DNA of 64,000 nt from an uncultured virus (IMG/VR IMGVR_UViG_3300003815_000001) (IMGVR_UViG_3300003815_000001), one strand, 5' to 3'. Positions 38,004 through 47,205 are shown, counted from the first letter of the stretch. Made by a program: numbers and translations. The notes: generated from the letters alone by a model not told the origin.

Positions 38004-38429
38004 CTAGGAAATTCTAAGTACGGCAGATGTTGAATTTGCCGTTGGAAATGTAATTGTAAAGCTGCTGGTTGCTGTTTTATCAGAGCCAAAATTTAATACA
38101 AAACAAGCCGCATTTGTTGTGCTATTGTAAACTAAAGCACCCCTACAAGTAAAACTTGCAGGACTCCAAGTAACATTGCCAAAAGTAACATAAGCAGTAT
38201 TTGTCGTATTGTCATAAGCCACACTAGGAGTCAGTATTTTACCACCAGCAGTATACCCAGTCCCAGTGACTTCATTCACTGTAGTATATGCGGCAGTTGT
38301 TGAGTTTAATGTTGCATTAGCATTATACAGGGCAATCTTATAAACATAAGGCGTACCAGTATTAAAGTTTTCAACACCACTTAATACATTGTTCTTAAAA
38401 ATAGTTGTTGCTGTTTGGGTAATGGGCAT
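38004..38429 (-). CDS. Virion structural protein
   Basis: YKIALY...NEVTGTGYTAGG..L; RGALVYN; VLNFGSDKT. Confidence 0.6.
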   Translation of the reverse strand: MPITQTATTIFKNNVLSGVENFNTGTPYVYKIALYNANATLNSTTAAYTTVNEVTGTGYTAGGKILTPSVAYDNTTNTAYVTFGNVTWSPASFTCRGALVYNSTTNAACFVLNFGSDKTATSSFTITFPTANSTSAVLRIS

Positions 38430-39349
38430 TATGTTTTAACCTTTAATTTGGTTTGACCATCACGATAAGCATCACCACGTTCAAGACCATCGCATAGGCG
38501 TTTCAATTGACCAAGCGCTTCTTGGAATTTATTCTCAATATCAGTAATCATATCTGGCTCTTGTTTTTGGAAGAGCGCTGCTTCACGCAATGCACCATAA
38601 AACAATACAGGATCAAAGTTAATGCCTAGCCATGATGTGCCTGTTGCATTTGTAACAGCTGATACGGTAAATGATAAGCCAGTACCTGAGTTACCCAAAT
38701 ACGTATTGCTTGCGCTTAATACATCGCCTACAGTGTAGAACTGACCGCCATTTTGAATCGTAACAGATGTAACTTGACCTGTGCCACTAACAATAATATT
38801 AGCCGTTGCGCTAGATCCAGAACCACCAGTTAATGGAACTTCATAATAAGCACCTGGTGCATAAGATGAACCTGGCGTTACTGTACCAATTGTAAATATC
38901 TCACCCTGTACAATGGTGGGTGGATAGTAGAAATAATGTAATTCTGTATTATAGTTTTGATCAGGAGTTGGTCCAACAATGAACGTTAAGTCATTGATAT
39001 TACTCAAAGAAGATCCAAATAATGCGTAATGCGTTGGCATCCCTGTCGTTGTAGGATTAGGGAATGCTTCACGAATATAGTTAACGTCTTTGTTCAACAT
39101 ATAGTTGTAGTTGCCAGACGAGTCAATTACAGCAACAGAATATGTAGCAAGCCAGTCAGTTGGCAATGTTAAATATTGGTTACTTGCCGTAAATGTACCA
39201 GTAACATTTTTACGCAAAACAGGGACATGGACAGAGTTAAAAATTCTGTCTTCTGCTTCTTGGACAAAACGTGGTATGTTAGCTACAAAAGTAGCTTCCG
39301 TAGACTCCATGTAGTCCTGAATTGCTTGCTGTAATTGAACGTAATTCAT
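38429..39349 (-). CDS. Head-tail adaptor-like protein with inserted beta domain
   Basis: FVQEAEDRI, GPTPDQNY.ELHYFYYP, LFYGALREA. Confidence 0.55.
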   Translation of the reverse strand: MNYVQLQQAIQDYMESTEATFVANIPRFVQEAEDRIFNSVHVPVLRKNVTGTFTASNQYLTLPTDWLATYSVAVIDSSGNYNYMLNKDVNYIREAFPNPTTTGMPTHYALFGSSLSNINDLTFIVGPTPDQNYNTELHYFYYPPTIVQGEIFTIGTVTPGSSYAPGAYYEVPLTGGSGSSATANIIVSGTGQVTSVTIQNGGQFYTVGDVLSASNTYLGNSGTGLSFTVSAVTNATGTSWLGINFDPVLFYGALREAALFQKQEPDMITDIENKFQEALGQLKRLCDGLERGDAYRDGQTKLKVKT

Positions 39350-39588
39350 TACGCCATAGGCCCACGAGCCTTGGTGCCTTTAGTAGCTGCACCGCAACCA
39401 CGAATAGTGATGCCTTCAGTTTCTGTTTTCTCACCCTTAAAACCAATGCTTACATCCATTGCTGGAGATTCAGAATCAATTTCATCGTATGAGTATTTGT
39501 TTGGATCTTTAGACCCACGTTTATTTTCTTCCATGTTCACTCCATGTGGCTTTGCATAATCTGACGCTGGTAGATTATTCTTAGCCAT
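39349..39588 (-). CDS. Small protein with basic C-terminus
   Basis: IRGCGAATKGTKARGPMA. Confidence 0.6.
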   Translation of the reverse strand: MAKNNLPASDYAKPHGVNMEENKRGSKDPNKYSYDEIDSESPAMDVSIGFKGEKTETEGITIRGCGAATKGTKARGPMA

Positions 39589-39590
39589 GA

Positions 39591-39782
39591 TTATTTGCTT
39601 TGGTTTTTAGCACGGGCTAAGTTACGACCCATCTTCTTCATTGCTTCACCTGTTACAGATGATGCGCCTTTTTTACCTTTTGCACCGCTTTCAATTGCTA
39701 CGGTTGGACCTGAATCACCAAGGTTAGTGCCTTTAGTTTTACCTTTGGTGTTAATACCACCTGCTGCTGTTCTGAAACCCAT
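39591..39782 (-). CDS. Small basic protein
   Basis: GGAG ribosome-binding site; KGKTKGTNLGDSGP. Confidence 0.6.
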   Translation of the reverse strand: MGFRTAAGGINTKGKTKGTNLGDSGPTVAIESGAKGKKGASSVTGEAMKKMGRNLARAKNQSK

Positions 39783-39791
39783 GTTAAACTC

Positions 39792-40226
39792 CTAAGTTGT
39801 TGTAATCGTTACTGTACCAATTAACACTACTGGTATCAAGTAATTTGGTGTTAATACTGTATCAAATGTGCTTGCACCACCTACTGGTGCCCAGCCCCAT
39901 TGAATCTGCCTACTACCATCCTGTGAGTATCCATAAGCATCTGTATTAGTTACTGTAGGATCATAAGGATTTGTTTGCAATCCAGTAGTTCCTGATACTT
40001 GATAACTCACATCTGGACGAGGTTCACGTACAGCTTGTGGGTCATTAACAGGATACATCCCCAATTGAAGCTGTGGCTGATCAGGATTCCAACACTCAGG
40101 GCATGCTTTAATTGGAACCAACTTGGTTTTAATAGTAAGTTTTTTTAGTTCCCTTAACTTATATCTTTGTCCACAAATATCACACTCTGCAATTGCGTGT
40201 TTGCCACTAGAATACTTGGTAGCCAT
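39792..40226 (-). CDS. Zinc-finger-containing structural-region protein
   Basis: CDIC...CPEC; DPQAVREPRPD. Confidence 0.6.
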   Translation of the reverse strand: MATKYSSGKHAIAECDICGQRYKLRELKKLTIKTKLVPIKACPECWNPDQPQLQLGMYPVNDPQAVREPRPDVSYQVSGTTGLQTNPYDPTVTNTDAYGYSQDGSRQIQWGWAPVGGASTFDTVLTPNYLIPVVLIGTVTITTT

Positions 40227-40228
40227 AG

Positions 40229-41176
40229 TTACCTTGAGTAAAACATGTTACGAGGCACAAAACGTAATGGTGCCTTTTCACGGTCTTCTTGTCCTGCTAA
40301 ATCATATTGTTGTTCATAGTCTGCTTTAAGCATAGCAATACGGTTAGGATCAACGTTAGGTGACTTAACAGAAATGTAATAAGCCAATCCTGCTACCATC
40401 GCAGGGATAAAACGGAATGGAATATCATTAATAATGACACCAGTCCCAGCATCTTGAATCCTACGTAAACGCCAATACACAAATGTATATTGATTGCCTG
40501 GTGATTGTGGCGCTGGCCATACGTTTATATTTGGAAGTTGAGGCACTGATATTGCTGCACCTGCATTATGCGATGTAGCAGTCGTACCATTTTGTCCACG
40601 ATAACAATTTAATAACTGATTACCTGTTTGACTTACGTTAGGATAGTAAATGGTTTCACTATCAATCGTAATATAACCAGATGCTGCAATATTAGATGTA
40701 TCGCTTAACGTAATAGTTGTGTCTGTTGCGCTAATATTACCTGCCACTGTATTGCCAATAAGTGTTGATGTCGTAGGGTTTACATTACCTGACTGACGAT
40801 CAATCCAAACTTGAATAGGACGGCCTACAGCGAGTTTATTTGGTATGGTTGAATACGTATCCTCAGAGATACGATTAATGTTGATATCAACTTGATTCTG
40901 TAGCGTTCCCGTACGGATTACTTGGCTTAATAAATCAATAGTATCAACAGGCAATGGATATTTGACTTGGTTAGTATTCATAGGAATCTGACCTTCTTCA
41001 ATCGTCCACAAGTTAATGCCACGATTAGCCCATTCAATCGTCAGCAAGTTAATGCTACGTCTAGCGGTTCTAAAGTCATAACCTGAACGTAACTCAATAC
41101 CAGCACGTTCAAAACTTTCTTCAATTAAATCATTCATATTTAAATTGAATGATGATGTTCCTGTGGTAACAGCCAT
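40229..41176 (-). CDS. Head-tail connector/adaptor-like protein with inserted beta domain
   Basis: TARRSINLLTIEWANRGINLWT; IPFRFIPAMVAGLAYY. Confidence 0.55.
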   Translation of the reverse strand: MAVTTGTSSFNLNMNDLIEESFERAGIELRSGYDFRTARRSINLLTIEWANRGINLWTIEEGQIPMNTNQVKYPLPVDTIDLLSQVIRTGTLQNQVDININRISEDTYSTIPNKLAVGRPIQVWIDRQSGNVNPTTSTLIGNTVAGNISATDTTITLSDTSNIAASGYITIDSETIYYPNVSQTGNQLLNCYRGQNGTTATSHNAGAAISVPQLPNINVWPAPQSPGNQYTFVYWRLRRIQDAGTGVIINDIPFRFIPAMVAGLAYYISVKSPNVDPNRIAMLKADYEQQYDLAGQEDREKAPLRFVPRNMFYSR

Positions 41177-41307
41177 TACTTATCCCAATTTATGTTAATA
41201 CGTACAATGCCAAGGTCAATGATGATGTAATTAATGGTTTCATCTTCTGCAAATTCAAAACCAATCATAAAACCACTGATAAATTCAAATCCGCAGTAGA
41301 TTTCCAT
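41176..41307 (-). CDS. Small hydrophobic protein (43 aa, not in ORF track)
   Basis: MEIYCGFEFISGFMIGFEF...IDLGIVRININWDK fills the gap with stop/start overlaps. Confidence 0.5.
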   Translation of the reverse strand: MEIYCGFEFISGFMIGFEFAEDETINYIIIDLGIVRININWDK

Positions 41308-41663
41308 TATTTTAAACCTTTTAAAGTTTCTGCTAGTCTAGCACGTTTGCCTAATTTACCTGAGGCTTTTGCGGCTTTAGCAAGCTTTTTAGCTGGAATC
41401 TTTTCACCTTTAGGTACACCTAACTCTTCATGAAGTGCATTAGGCTTACGAATAGCATTACTAATCCAACCACCCTTTTTATACACTTCTACATCTTGAG
41501 GATGGTCTTTACGATGAATAATTTTCTTACCTGGCATTTTGCTTGGGTTAATATCACCCATTCCACGAGAAGCTCTCATTATACGTATCCTGTAGTAGTG
41601 TTTGATGTATTTGGTGCCACTTGAGCAGTAGTTGCTGGATTTGCATTCATTGGATTGCCCCAA
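41307..41663 (-). CDS. Small basic protein (probable start MRASRGMG, 41579)
   Basis: Lys-rich; KPNALHEELGVPKGEKIP; RARLAETLK. Confidence 0.6.
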   Translation of the reverse strand: MGQSNECKSSNYCSSGTKYIKHYYRIRIMRASRGMGDINPSKMPGKKIIHRKDHPQDVEVYKKGGWISNAIRKPNALHEELGVPKGEKIPAKKLAKAAKASGKLGKRARLAETLKGLK

Positions 41664-42196
41664 CGATCTTTTTGTCCTTCAAACATTGGCAAGCCACCTT
41701 GTGGTGTATTCATTTGAGTCTGATTGCCCATTTGTGGTTGCATAGCGCTTGGATTAAATTGACCAGCAGTTTGTATATCAGTATCAGGAACTCTAGTTGC
41801 ACCATTGCCAAAACCAAAACCAGCATTACCAGGACCCATTCCGTATGAAGCAGGACCACCAAATGAACCGATAGGCGCATATGGTGTAGTCACTTGATCT
41901 GGGCTTTGAACGTTATAGTTATTACTAAACGCTAGATTAAATGGCTGATACGGTGGTGGTGTTGGATTACTTTGTTGCTGCCCATATACTTGTGGCTGGC
42001 TATATCCTTGAGGATTAGGAGCAAAGTTATTTCCATACGGCTGAAAACCATAAGATGGTTGACTACCGTAAGATGGCGCAGGCGCAGAAGATTGAGCACC
42101 TGTATTGCCATTCTTTTGAAATGCTGCTGCAGCACCGCCCATGTTATTTTTTGCCTTTAGACATTCCGCCACCACACATGGTTTTAACATGTTCAT
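41579..42196 (-). CDS. Low-complexity Q/P/G/N-rich protein (probable start MGGAAAAF)
   Basis: Composition; operon context. Confidence 0.5.
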   Translation of the reverse strand: MNMLKPCVVAECLKAKNNMGGAAAAFQKNGNTGAQSSAPAPSYGSQPSYGFQPYGNNFAPNPQGYSQPQVYGQQQSNPTPPPYQPFNLAFSNNYNVQSPDQVTTPYAPIGSFGGPASYGMGPGNAGFGFGNGATRVPDTDIQTAGQFNPSAMQPQMGNQTQMNTPQGGLPMFEGQKDRWGNPMNANPATTAQVAPNTSNTTTGYV

Positions 42197-42590
42197 GATG
42201 TGGTTTAAATCCAGCAGCGTGTTGTTTCATACCATCCATATGATGTTTAAAACCACCTGAGTGTTTAGCCATAGCATCTTTAGCATGTACAAAACCACCT
42301 TTTTTGTAACCACCTTTTACAGGTTGATTACCTGCATTTAAATCAGGTGCATATTTTTTAGCATCTTCATTAGCAAGCAAATTACCTTTTACTCGTGCAC
42401 CAATTTCTTTAGCTTCTTGGTTAGGAGTATTTAAAATAAATTCTTCAGTATCTTTACTTCTATAATTAGGACCTGATTCATAGCCTGTGCTACTTCTATC
42501 AACGTCTTTATAGTAATTTCTATGTAAATTCTCAATGTTTTTAAGGTTGCCCTTAACATCACTAAATACCATTGGGTCTTTTTTAGCCAT
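42144..42590 (-). CDS. Basic protein with His-rich C-terminus
   Basis: KHSGGFKHH, QHAAGFKPHHEH repeats. Confidence 0.6.
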   Translation of the reverse strand: MAKKDPMVFSDVKGNLKNIENLHRNYYKDVDRSSTGYESGPNYRSKDTEEFILNTPNQEAKEIGARVKGNLLANEDAKKYAPDLNAGNQPVKGGYKKGGFVHAKDAMAKHSGGFKHHMDGMKQHAAGFKPHHEHVKTMCGGGMSKGKK

Positions 42591-42592
42591 GA

Positions 42593-42940
42593 TTATTTCT
42601 TTCCAAACGATTTGATATGTTCATTATGAACTTTGTGCCCACCAGCATGCTTTTTGTAGATATCAGAATGATGTGTGCCACCAGCTGATTTTTTAGTGTA
42701 TTCTACATGGTCAATCATGCCACCTTTTTTCATAGTTGTTGGTACTGTAGGTTTTAGATATTTACCTTTAGAATCTGTCGCTGGGAAGTCATCTTCAGGT
42801 GCAGCAATGATTTCAGTCTTCTTAATGACAGCTTTAGGTGCTTTTTTAGCAGCTGCTTCAGCTTCATAATCAGACATGTTTTTCCACTTACCACCCGTGA
42901 AATCTTCAATGCCTTCTTTAATCTTATCTAAAATGCCCAT
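42593..42940 (-). CDS. Basic protein with His-rich C-terminus
   Basis: MKKGG; KKHAGGHKVHNEH. Confidence 0.6.
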   Translation of the reverse strand: MGILDKIKEGIEDFTGGKWKNMSDYEAEAAAKKAPKAVIKKTEIIAAPEDDFPATDSKGKYLKPTVPTTMKKGGMIDHVEYTKKSAGGTHHSDIYKKHAGGHKVHNEHIKSFGKK

Positions 42941-42943
42941 GAT

Positions 42944-43456
42944 TTAGCACCATTTACCTTTAGTCTTACCTTTAGATGCAATACCATCTGCACGGCTAGA
43001 TGCTGAACCACCTTTAGCCATGTTCTTTGGTGCAACTGTAGGGCCTGAATCACCAAGGTTCTTACCACGTGTTAAACCACGTTTTTGAACAGCTGATTGA
43101 CCGAATTTAGTTAGTTTGTTAGAGCCTTTTTCTACGTCTTCTGCCATAGTTTTAGGACCCATTGTTTCCTTAGCCATTGCTTTACCACCTTTCTTCATAC
43201 CTGGAACTGGAGCACCGCCTGCTGGGGCCATTGCTGCCATTGGATTAACTGGAGCTTGTTGAGCGCCAAGTGCTTTTGCAGCCATAAGTGCCATAGCTGG
43301 ATTGATTTGTTTGCGTTTCATAGCGCTTCCACCTTGTTTAAGTTTTGATAGATCAGTACGTTTATCTTCATGCAATTGCTTATCATGCATGCCAAAAGCC
43401 TTTTTAATGAGCTTTTTATCTTCTTTAATATCATCGTGTTTCATTAACATTTCCAC
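42944..43456 (-). CDS. Basic low-complexity virion-region protein
   Basis: Three xKxGG motifs; ADGIASKGKTKG. Confidence 0.6.
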   Translation of the reverse strand: MEMLMKHDDIKEDKKLIKKAFGMHDKQLHEDKRTDLSKLKQGGSAMKRKQINPAMALMAAKALGAQQAPVNPMAAMAPAGGAPVPGMKKGGKAMAKETMGPKTMAEDVEKGSNKLTKFGQSAVQKRGLTRGKNLGDSGPTVAPKNMAKGGSASSRADGIASKGKTKGKWC

Positions 43457-43968
43457 CTTTTTAATGATGCTGCTTTGCGTGTTGGCTTGCCATTCTCATC
43501 TTTCATTGGTCCTGGCATACCTGACATACGTGCACAGAATGATTTCTTACGTGGGCCACCTTCTGGCTGTGGAGCCTTAAGATGACTACCTGTTTCACGA
43601 TTGTATTTTGCTCTGCCCTTTTCAGTAAGTCCAGCACCTTTTGATACAGGTAACTTTTCACCACGACCTACTGATAGTGATACACCACCCTTAGCCATCT
43701 TTGCTGTTTTAGCTGACTCTTTAAAGTCCTTGGCTGTAGGAGCACCTTTAGAACCAGGTTTACGCATTGTTTCACCACTGCCCTTAGCAATACGCTCTTG
43801 CTTAGCATGAATGTTTGCATATAACCCACCAGATTTAAAAGTTTTACCTTTGTCTGCAGCTGCAAATTCTTTACCTACGGATTGTTTAATACCAACTTTT
43901 TTAGCAAAAGATTTGCTATGAGCTACCGCTTCCATCAAGTTATGTTGTGCTTTAGATTTGCTAGGCAT
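43444..43968 (-). CDS. Basic multi-module virion-region protein
   Basis: MPSKSKAQHNLM; GLYANIHAK; RKKSFCARM modules separated by xKxGG. Confidence 0.65.
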   Translation of the reverse strand: MPSKSKAQHNLMEAVAHSKSFAKKVGIKQSVGKEFAAADKGKTFKSGGLYANIHAKQERIAKGSGETMRKPGSKGAPTAKDFKESAKTAKMAKGGVSLSVGRGEKLPVSKGAGLTEKGRAKYNRETGSHLKAPQPEGGPRKKSFCARMSGMPGPMKDENGKPTRKAASLKRWKC

Positions 43969-43970
43969 AA

Positions 43971-44216
43971 TTATTTGCTTGCATGTTCAATAAACCAAGC
44001 TACTAATCCGCCAACAATACTAGCGGCACTGCCAACGGCAAGTAGCATTCTCCAACCACCGTGAGCAGCTGACAATGTATCATTAATTTTTGCAAGTGTA
44101 TCTTTAATTTCTTGCATATCTTTAACCATTTTGTCCATATCTGCTTGTAAATGTTTGATTTCATTAGCATGTGTGGCCAACTCTCTAGCGGTTTCTAATT
44201 CAGCAGGAACACTCAT
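43971..44216 (-). CDS. Coiled-coil protein with C-terminal TM (XhlA/holin-like)
   Basis: Heptad region followed by GGWRMLLAVG hydrophobic tail. Confidence 0.5.
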   Translation of the reverse strand: MSVPAELETARELATHANEIKHLQADMDKMVKDMQEIKDTLAKINDTLSAAHGGWRMLLAVGSAASIVGGLVAWFIEHASK

Positions 44217-44223
44217 ATATCAC

Positions 44224-44511
44224 CTAGCCGTAACAAATAGAAACAGATGTTACATTAGTAACTGCAACATAAATACCGTTGTAAGCCAAAATTCCTTCAC
44301 CAGGAATAATAACTTGGAATGGCTGAACACCTGAGCTAGTTTTAGATTGCCACAGGATAGGACCTGTATTATCTGTACCATCATAAAAAGTAACTGTACC
44401 TGCAGTACCAGTACCAACAAATACTGCTTGTTTTAGCCTTGCACGGCCTGTATATAATTGAGCAGGAAAAGTACCAGCATAGGCAGCTTTTACGTCATAT
44501 TGCATTGTCAT
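44224..44511 (-). CDS. Small virion structural protein
   Basis: GGAG ribosome-binding site; IPGEGIL motif; beta-rich. Confidence 0.55.
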   Translation of the reverse strand: MTMQYDVKAAYAGTFPAQLYTGRARLKQAVFVGTGTAGTVTFYDGTDNTGPILWQSKTSSGVQPFQVIIPGEGILAYNGIYVAVTNVTSVSICYG

Positions 44512-44534
44512 AATTAATCTCCTGAATTGATAAT

Positions 44535-44552
44535 AGGGGACCGAAGTCCCCT
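44535..44552 (-). terminator. UUCG-capped GC hairpin (weak terminator or mRNA stabiliser)
   Basis: AGGGGAC-UUCG-GUCCCCU, no clear U tract. Confidence 0.45.
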
Positions 44553-44560
44553 TAGATTAA

Positions 44561-45262
44561 TTAGTCAAAGTTACCGTATGGGTATGTTGTGCCGTTACCA
44601 ATGTTCAAGTCTTGTTGAGCATAACGCAATGTAATGTTCATTTGACCTGATGTTGGAGCTGTCAATGAAGCTACAGTCATTTTAACTGTTACAACAACTT
44701 GTGAGAACCATGAAGGTTGTGTACCTGGTTGCAAGTTTTGTACGTCTTGCAATGTACCATTTGCATAGTCTAATTGTGTACCTGTAAATGTTGCTGTACC
44801 ACGGCCAGCTGAAGTAATAGCAGCCATTGTGCCGTATACGCCAGTAGTTGTAGCAAAGTTATTAGAGATATATGGTTGGATTGAAGTTACTGTATGTGTG
44901 CCATCAGATGGCATAGCACCAACATCAACGTATACGTCAGTAATGTTTGAACCTTGTGGGATTAGGAATACAACACCACGGTAAATTGTACCAGTTGCGT
45001 CAGCTGTAGGCGCTGAAGCTGCTGTAGGACCTGTGCTGCTATAGTTACCACCTTGTGGTGTATAAATTGTAGCTGCGCCGTTTGGAATGCCATTTGATGT
45101 AACAAATACACCAGAACCACCTGAATAACCAAGAGTTTGTGGAGTTGTAACAGCAAAATCAATAAATGCTTGTTGAACCAATTCTGCGTACCCAACATCA
45201 CGTTGTGGACCAAAACGGTTATCGCCCGATAAAATCGGACCGTCAAAAGTAGAGCGACCCAT
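44561..45262 (-). CDS. Virion structural protein (capsid-associated candidate)
   Basis: MGRSTFDGPILSG start; immediately after the capsid gene. Confidence 0.55.
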   Translation of the reverse strand: MGRSTFDGPILSGDNRFGPQRDVGYAELVQQAFIDFAVTTPQTLGYSGGSGVFVTSNGIPNGAATIYTPQGGNYSSTGPTAASAPTADATGTIYRGVVFLIPQGSNITDVYVDVGAMPSDGTHTVTSIQPYISNNFATTTGVYGTMAAITSAGRGTATFTGTQLDYANGTLQDVQNLQPGTQPSWFSQVVVTVKMTVASLTAPTSGQMNITLRYAQQDLNIGNGTTYPYGNFD

Positions 45263-45269
45263 AATATAT

Positions 45270-45345
45270 TTCCTTATGCAAAAGAGCTTTTACCAATCGT
45301 TGCATCGTCTGCTGGGGCAGTGGCGGCAAAAGCGGAATCCCAGAT
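45270..45345 (-). ncRNA. Candidate cis-acting RNA: two hairpins joined by a 10-bp loop-loop pseudoknot, abutting the Shine-Dalgarno
   Basis: CUGGG/CCCAG and AUGCAA/UUGCAU stems; loops GCUUUUGCCG and UGGUAAAAGC are complementary. Confidence 0.6.
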
Positions 45346-45390
45346 AGTTTAAGTTTACTACAAATACAATATAAAACAAATACTTTTAAT

Positions 45391-45422
45391 AAAAAAAAGC
45401 CCAACTTTTTAGGGTCGGGCTT
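45391..45422 (-). terminator. Rho-independent terminator after the major capsid gene
   Basis: AAGCCCGAC...GUUGGGCUU followed by a U8 tract. Confidence 0.85.
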
Positions 45423-45437
45423 CTTTATTACTGCGGC

Positions 45438-46340
45438 TTAGTAAGAACCGTAGATACCTAGTGGATCTGATACACCGAAGCTGTAACGTTCACGTGATTT
45501 ATAACGTACATTACCTGTATCAAAGTCACCATCCATGCTGTTTTGCAATGGTGTACGAACGAAGTGTTTCAAGCCGTTTGGTACATCAGTTGTCAAGAAC
45601 CATGCGTTAGTAGCTGTCAAGAAGTGGTTAATTGTATAACCTTCTGGTACAGCGCCATTGTTCTTAATAGCATTGATATCGTTGTTGTTTGTACCAACAC
45701 GCAATTCAGTTTCAAGCAAACGAGTTGCTACGAATTGAAGAGCTGGTGGCACAACCAATTTCTTAGGACGAGCAGCGATCAAAAGACCACGTTCATCAGT
45801 CCAACCTGCGATTTGAATAACAGCATTTTCCAATGATGTTTCGTTCAAGTCAGCTGGAGTTGATGGTGTATTAGCATTAGTACCGCCATTAACTAGTGGG
45901 TGAGCTGTAGAGAACAAAGGTTGACCGTCACCATAAGTGTAAGCACCGTTGAAGCCGTTGTTAAGAACAGCTGCTGCTTTAACTTGTTTAGTGTAAGCCA
46001 TAGCACGAGCCAAACCTTTTGTGTAACGTGCTGACAATGAGTCATACAAGTTATCTTCAATCGCTTCTTCAGTTAAGCTGAAACCAAGAGCGATAGTTTC
46101 GTGGTTGTATCGGGCTGTCCAAGCTTCTTGAGCATTGTCATAAGCGATGGCTGAGCCTTCGTTTTTAACAGGTGCTGCTGAGAAGCCTGATAGCTTTGTT
46201 TCTTCTTCAAAGCTACGTTCTGAGGTTTCAGTTTCGTAGATTTCACGGTGTTCTTCACCGTAACGGGCATATTCCAAACCAAACAAAGCGTTAAGGCCTG
46301 GTAATAGCTCTTTCAATAATTGTGCACGAGAGATAGCCAT
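45438..46340 (-). CDS. Major capsid protein (HK97-fold, Mu gpT-like family)
   Basis: MAISRAQLLKELLPGLNALFG; FDTGNVRYKSRERYSFG; 300 aa, downstream of scaffold, followed by a terminator. Confidence 0.85.
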   Translation of the reverse strand: MAISRAQLLKELLPGLNALFGLEYARYGEEHREIYETETSERSFEEETKLSGFSAAPVKNEGSAIAYDNAQEAWTARYNHETIALGFSLTEEAIEDNLYDSLSARYTKGLARAMAYTKQVKAAAVLNNGFNGAYTYGDGQPLFSTAHPLVNGGTNANTPSTPADLNETSLENAVIQIAGWTDERGLLIAARPKKLVVPPALQFVATRLLETELRVGTNNNDINAIKNNGAVPEGYTINHFLTATNAWFLTTDVPNGLKHFVRTPLQNSMDGDFDTGNVRYKSRERYSFGVSDPLGIYGSY

Positions 46341-46353
46341 ATTAAATTACTCC

Positions 46354-47181
46354 TTAAGCTGCGTAGTAGTTATGGATACCGAAGTTAATTTTTACAAGAA
46401 CTTCTGGGTATGATGTGAATACAACGGTTGATCCAGTAGGAATGCTTACGTTCTTATCAGTAGTGATAGAAGTAGTACCTGTTGAATAACCACCTGAGTT
46501 AGCTACGAAAGCGCCAGTTTGAACTAATTGACCGTTCAACAAGTATGCAACGTCAGCACCTTGAGGAATAGCAGCAGGAAGACCTGTGCCTGTCAATGTG
46601 ATAGTTGTACCTGGAGTGCTTGCGTTACCGCCAGTTGCAGAAACAGCAGTTGCTGTATCAGGAACTAGAGCCAATACACGGAATGGAAGACCTGTTGATG
46701 GTGTTGCTGTAGGAGCAACTAAACCGTTCAATGAGTCACCGTTCAATGTGTTACCAGCTTGGTATGAACCAGCTAAGTTAAGACCAACGATAGCTTGTGA
46801 AGCTGAAGCTAAAACTGAACCACCGTTAGCAGTTACCATTGCAGCTTTAAATACTGTATCTGGATCTTCAACAATGAATGCTTGAATATCACCAGCAGCT
46901 GTATTAGCTGGGTAGTATTGGCTGAATGTTTTTTGTTTTGTTACTGGGTTAGTGAATGAGCAACCAGCAAATACACCGATGGTTTGTTTACCAGATGTAG
47001 ATGAAGTTACTTGTGCTAATGTTACTAAGCCGTTCGTTACAGTTACAAAGTCACCAAAGAAGATATTGGTATTGTAGTTGTTTTGGATGGTGTATTGACG
47101 TGTACCACCAGCAAACACTTGACTACCAATAAGGTTCAGTGCTTTAAAACCATAAGGTGCGGAAATGACTGGATAAGCCAT
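46354..47181 (-). CDS. Capsid decoration / minor capsid protein
   Basis: APYGFK start; IGVFAGCSFT; position before the capsid gene. Confidence 0.55.
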   Translation of the reverse strand: MAYPVISAPYGFKALNLIGSQVFAGGTRQYTIQNNYNTNIFFGDFVTVTNGLVTLAQVTSSTSGKQTIGVFAGCSFTNPVTKQKTFSQYYPANTAAGDIQAFIVEDPDTVFKAAMVTANGGSVLASASQAIVGLNLAGSYQAGNTLNGDSLNGLVAPTATPSTGLPFRVLALVPDTATAVSATGGNASTPGTTITLTGTGLPAAIPQGADVAYLLNGQLVQTGAFVANSGGYSTGTTSITTDKNVSIPTGSTVVFTSYPEVLVKINFGIHNYYAA

Positions 47182-47205
47182 ATTGTACTCCTAAGTTAAA
47201 AAAGT

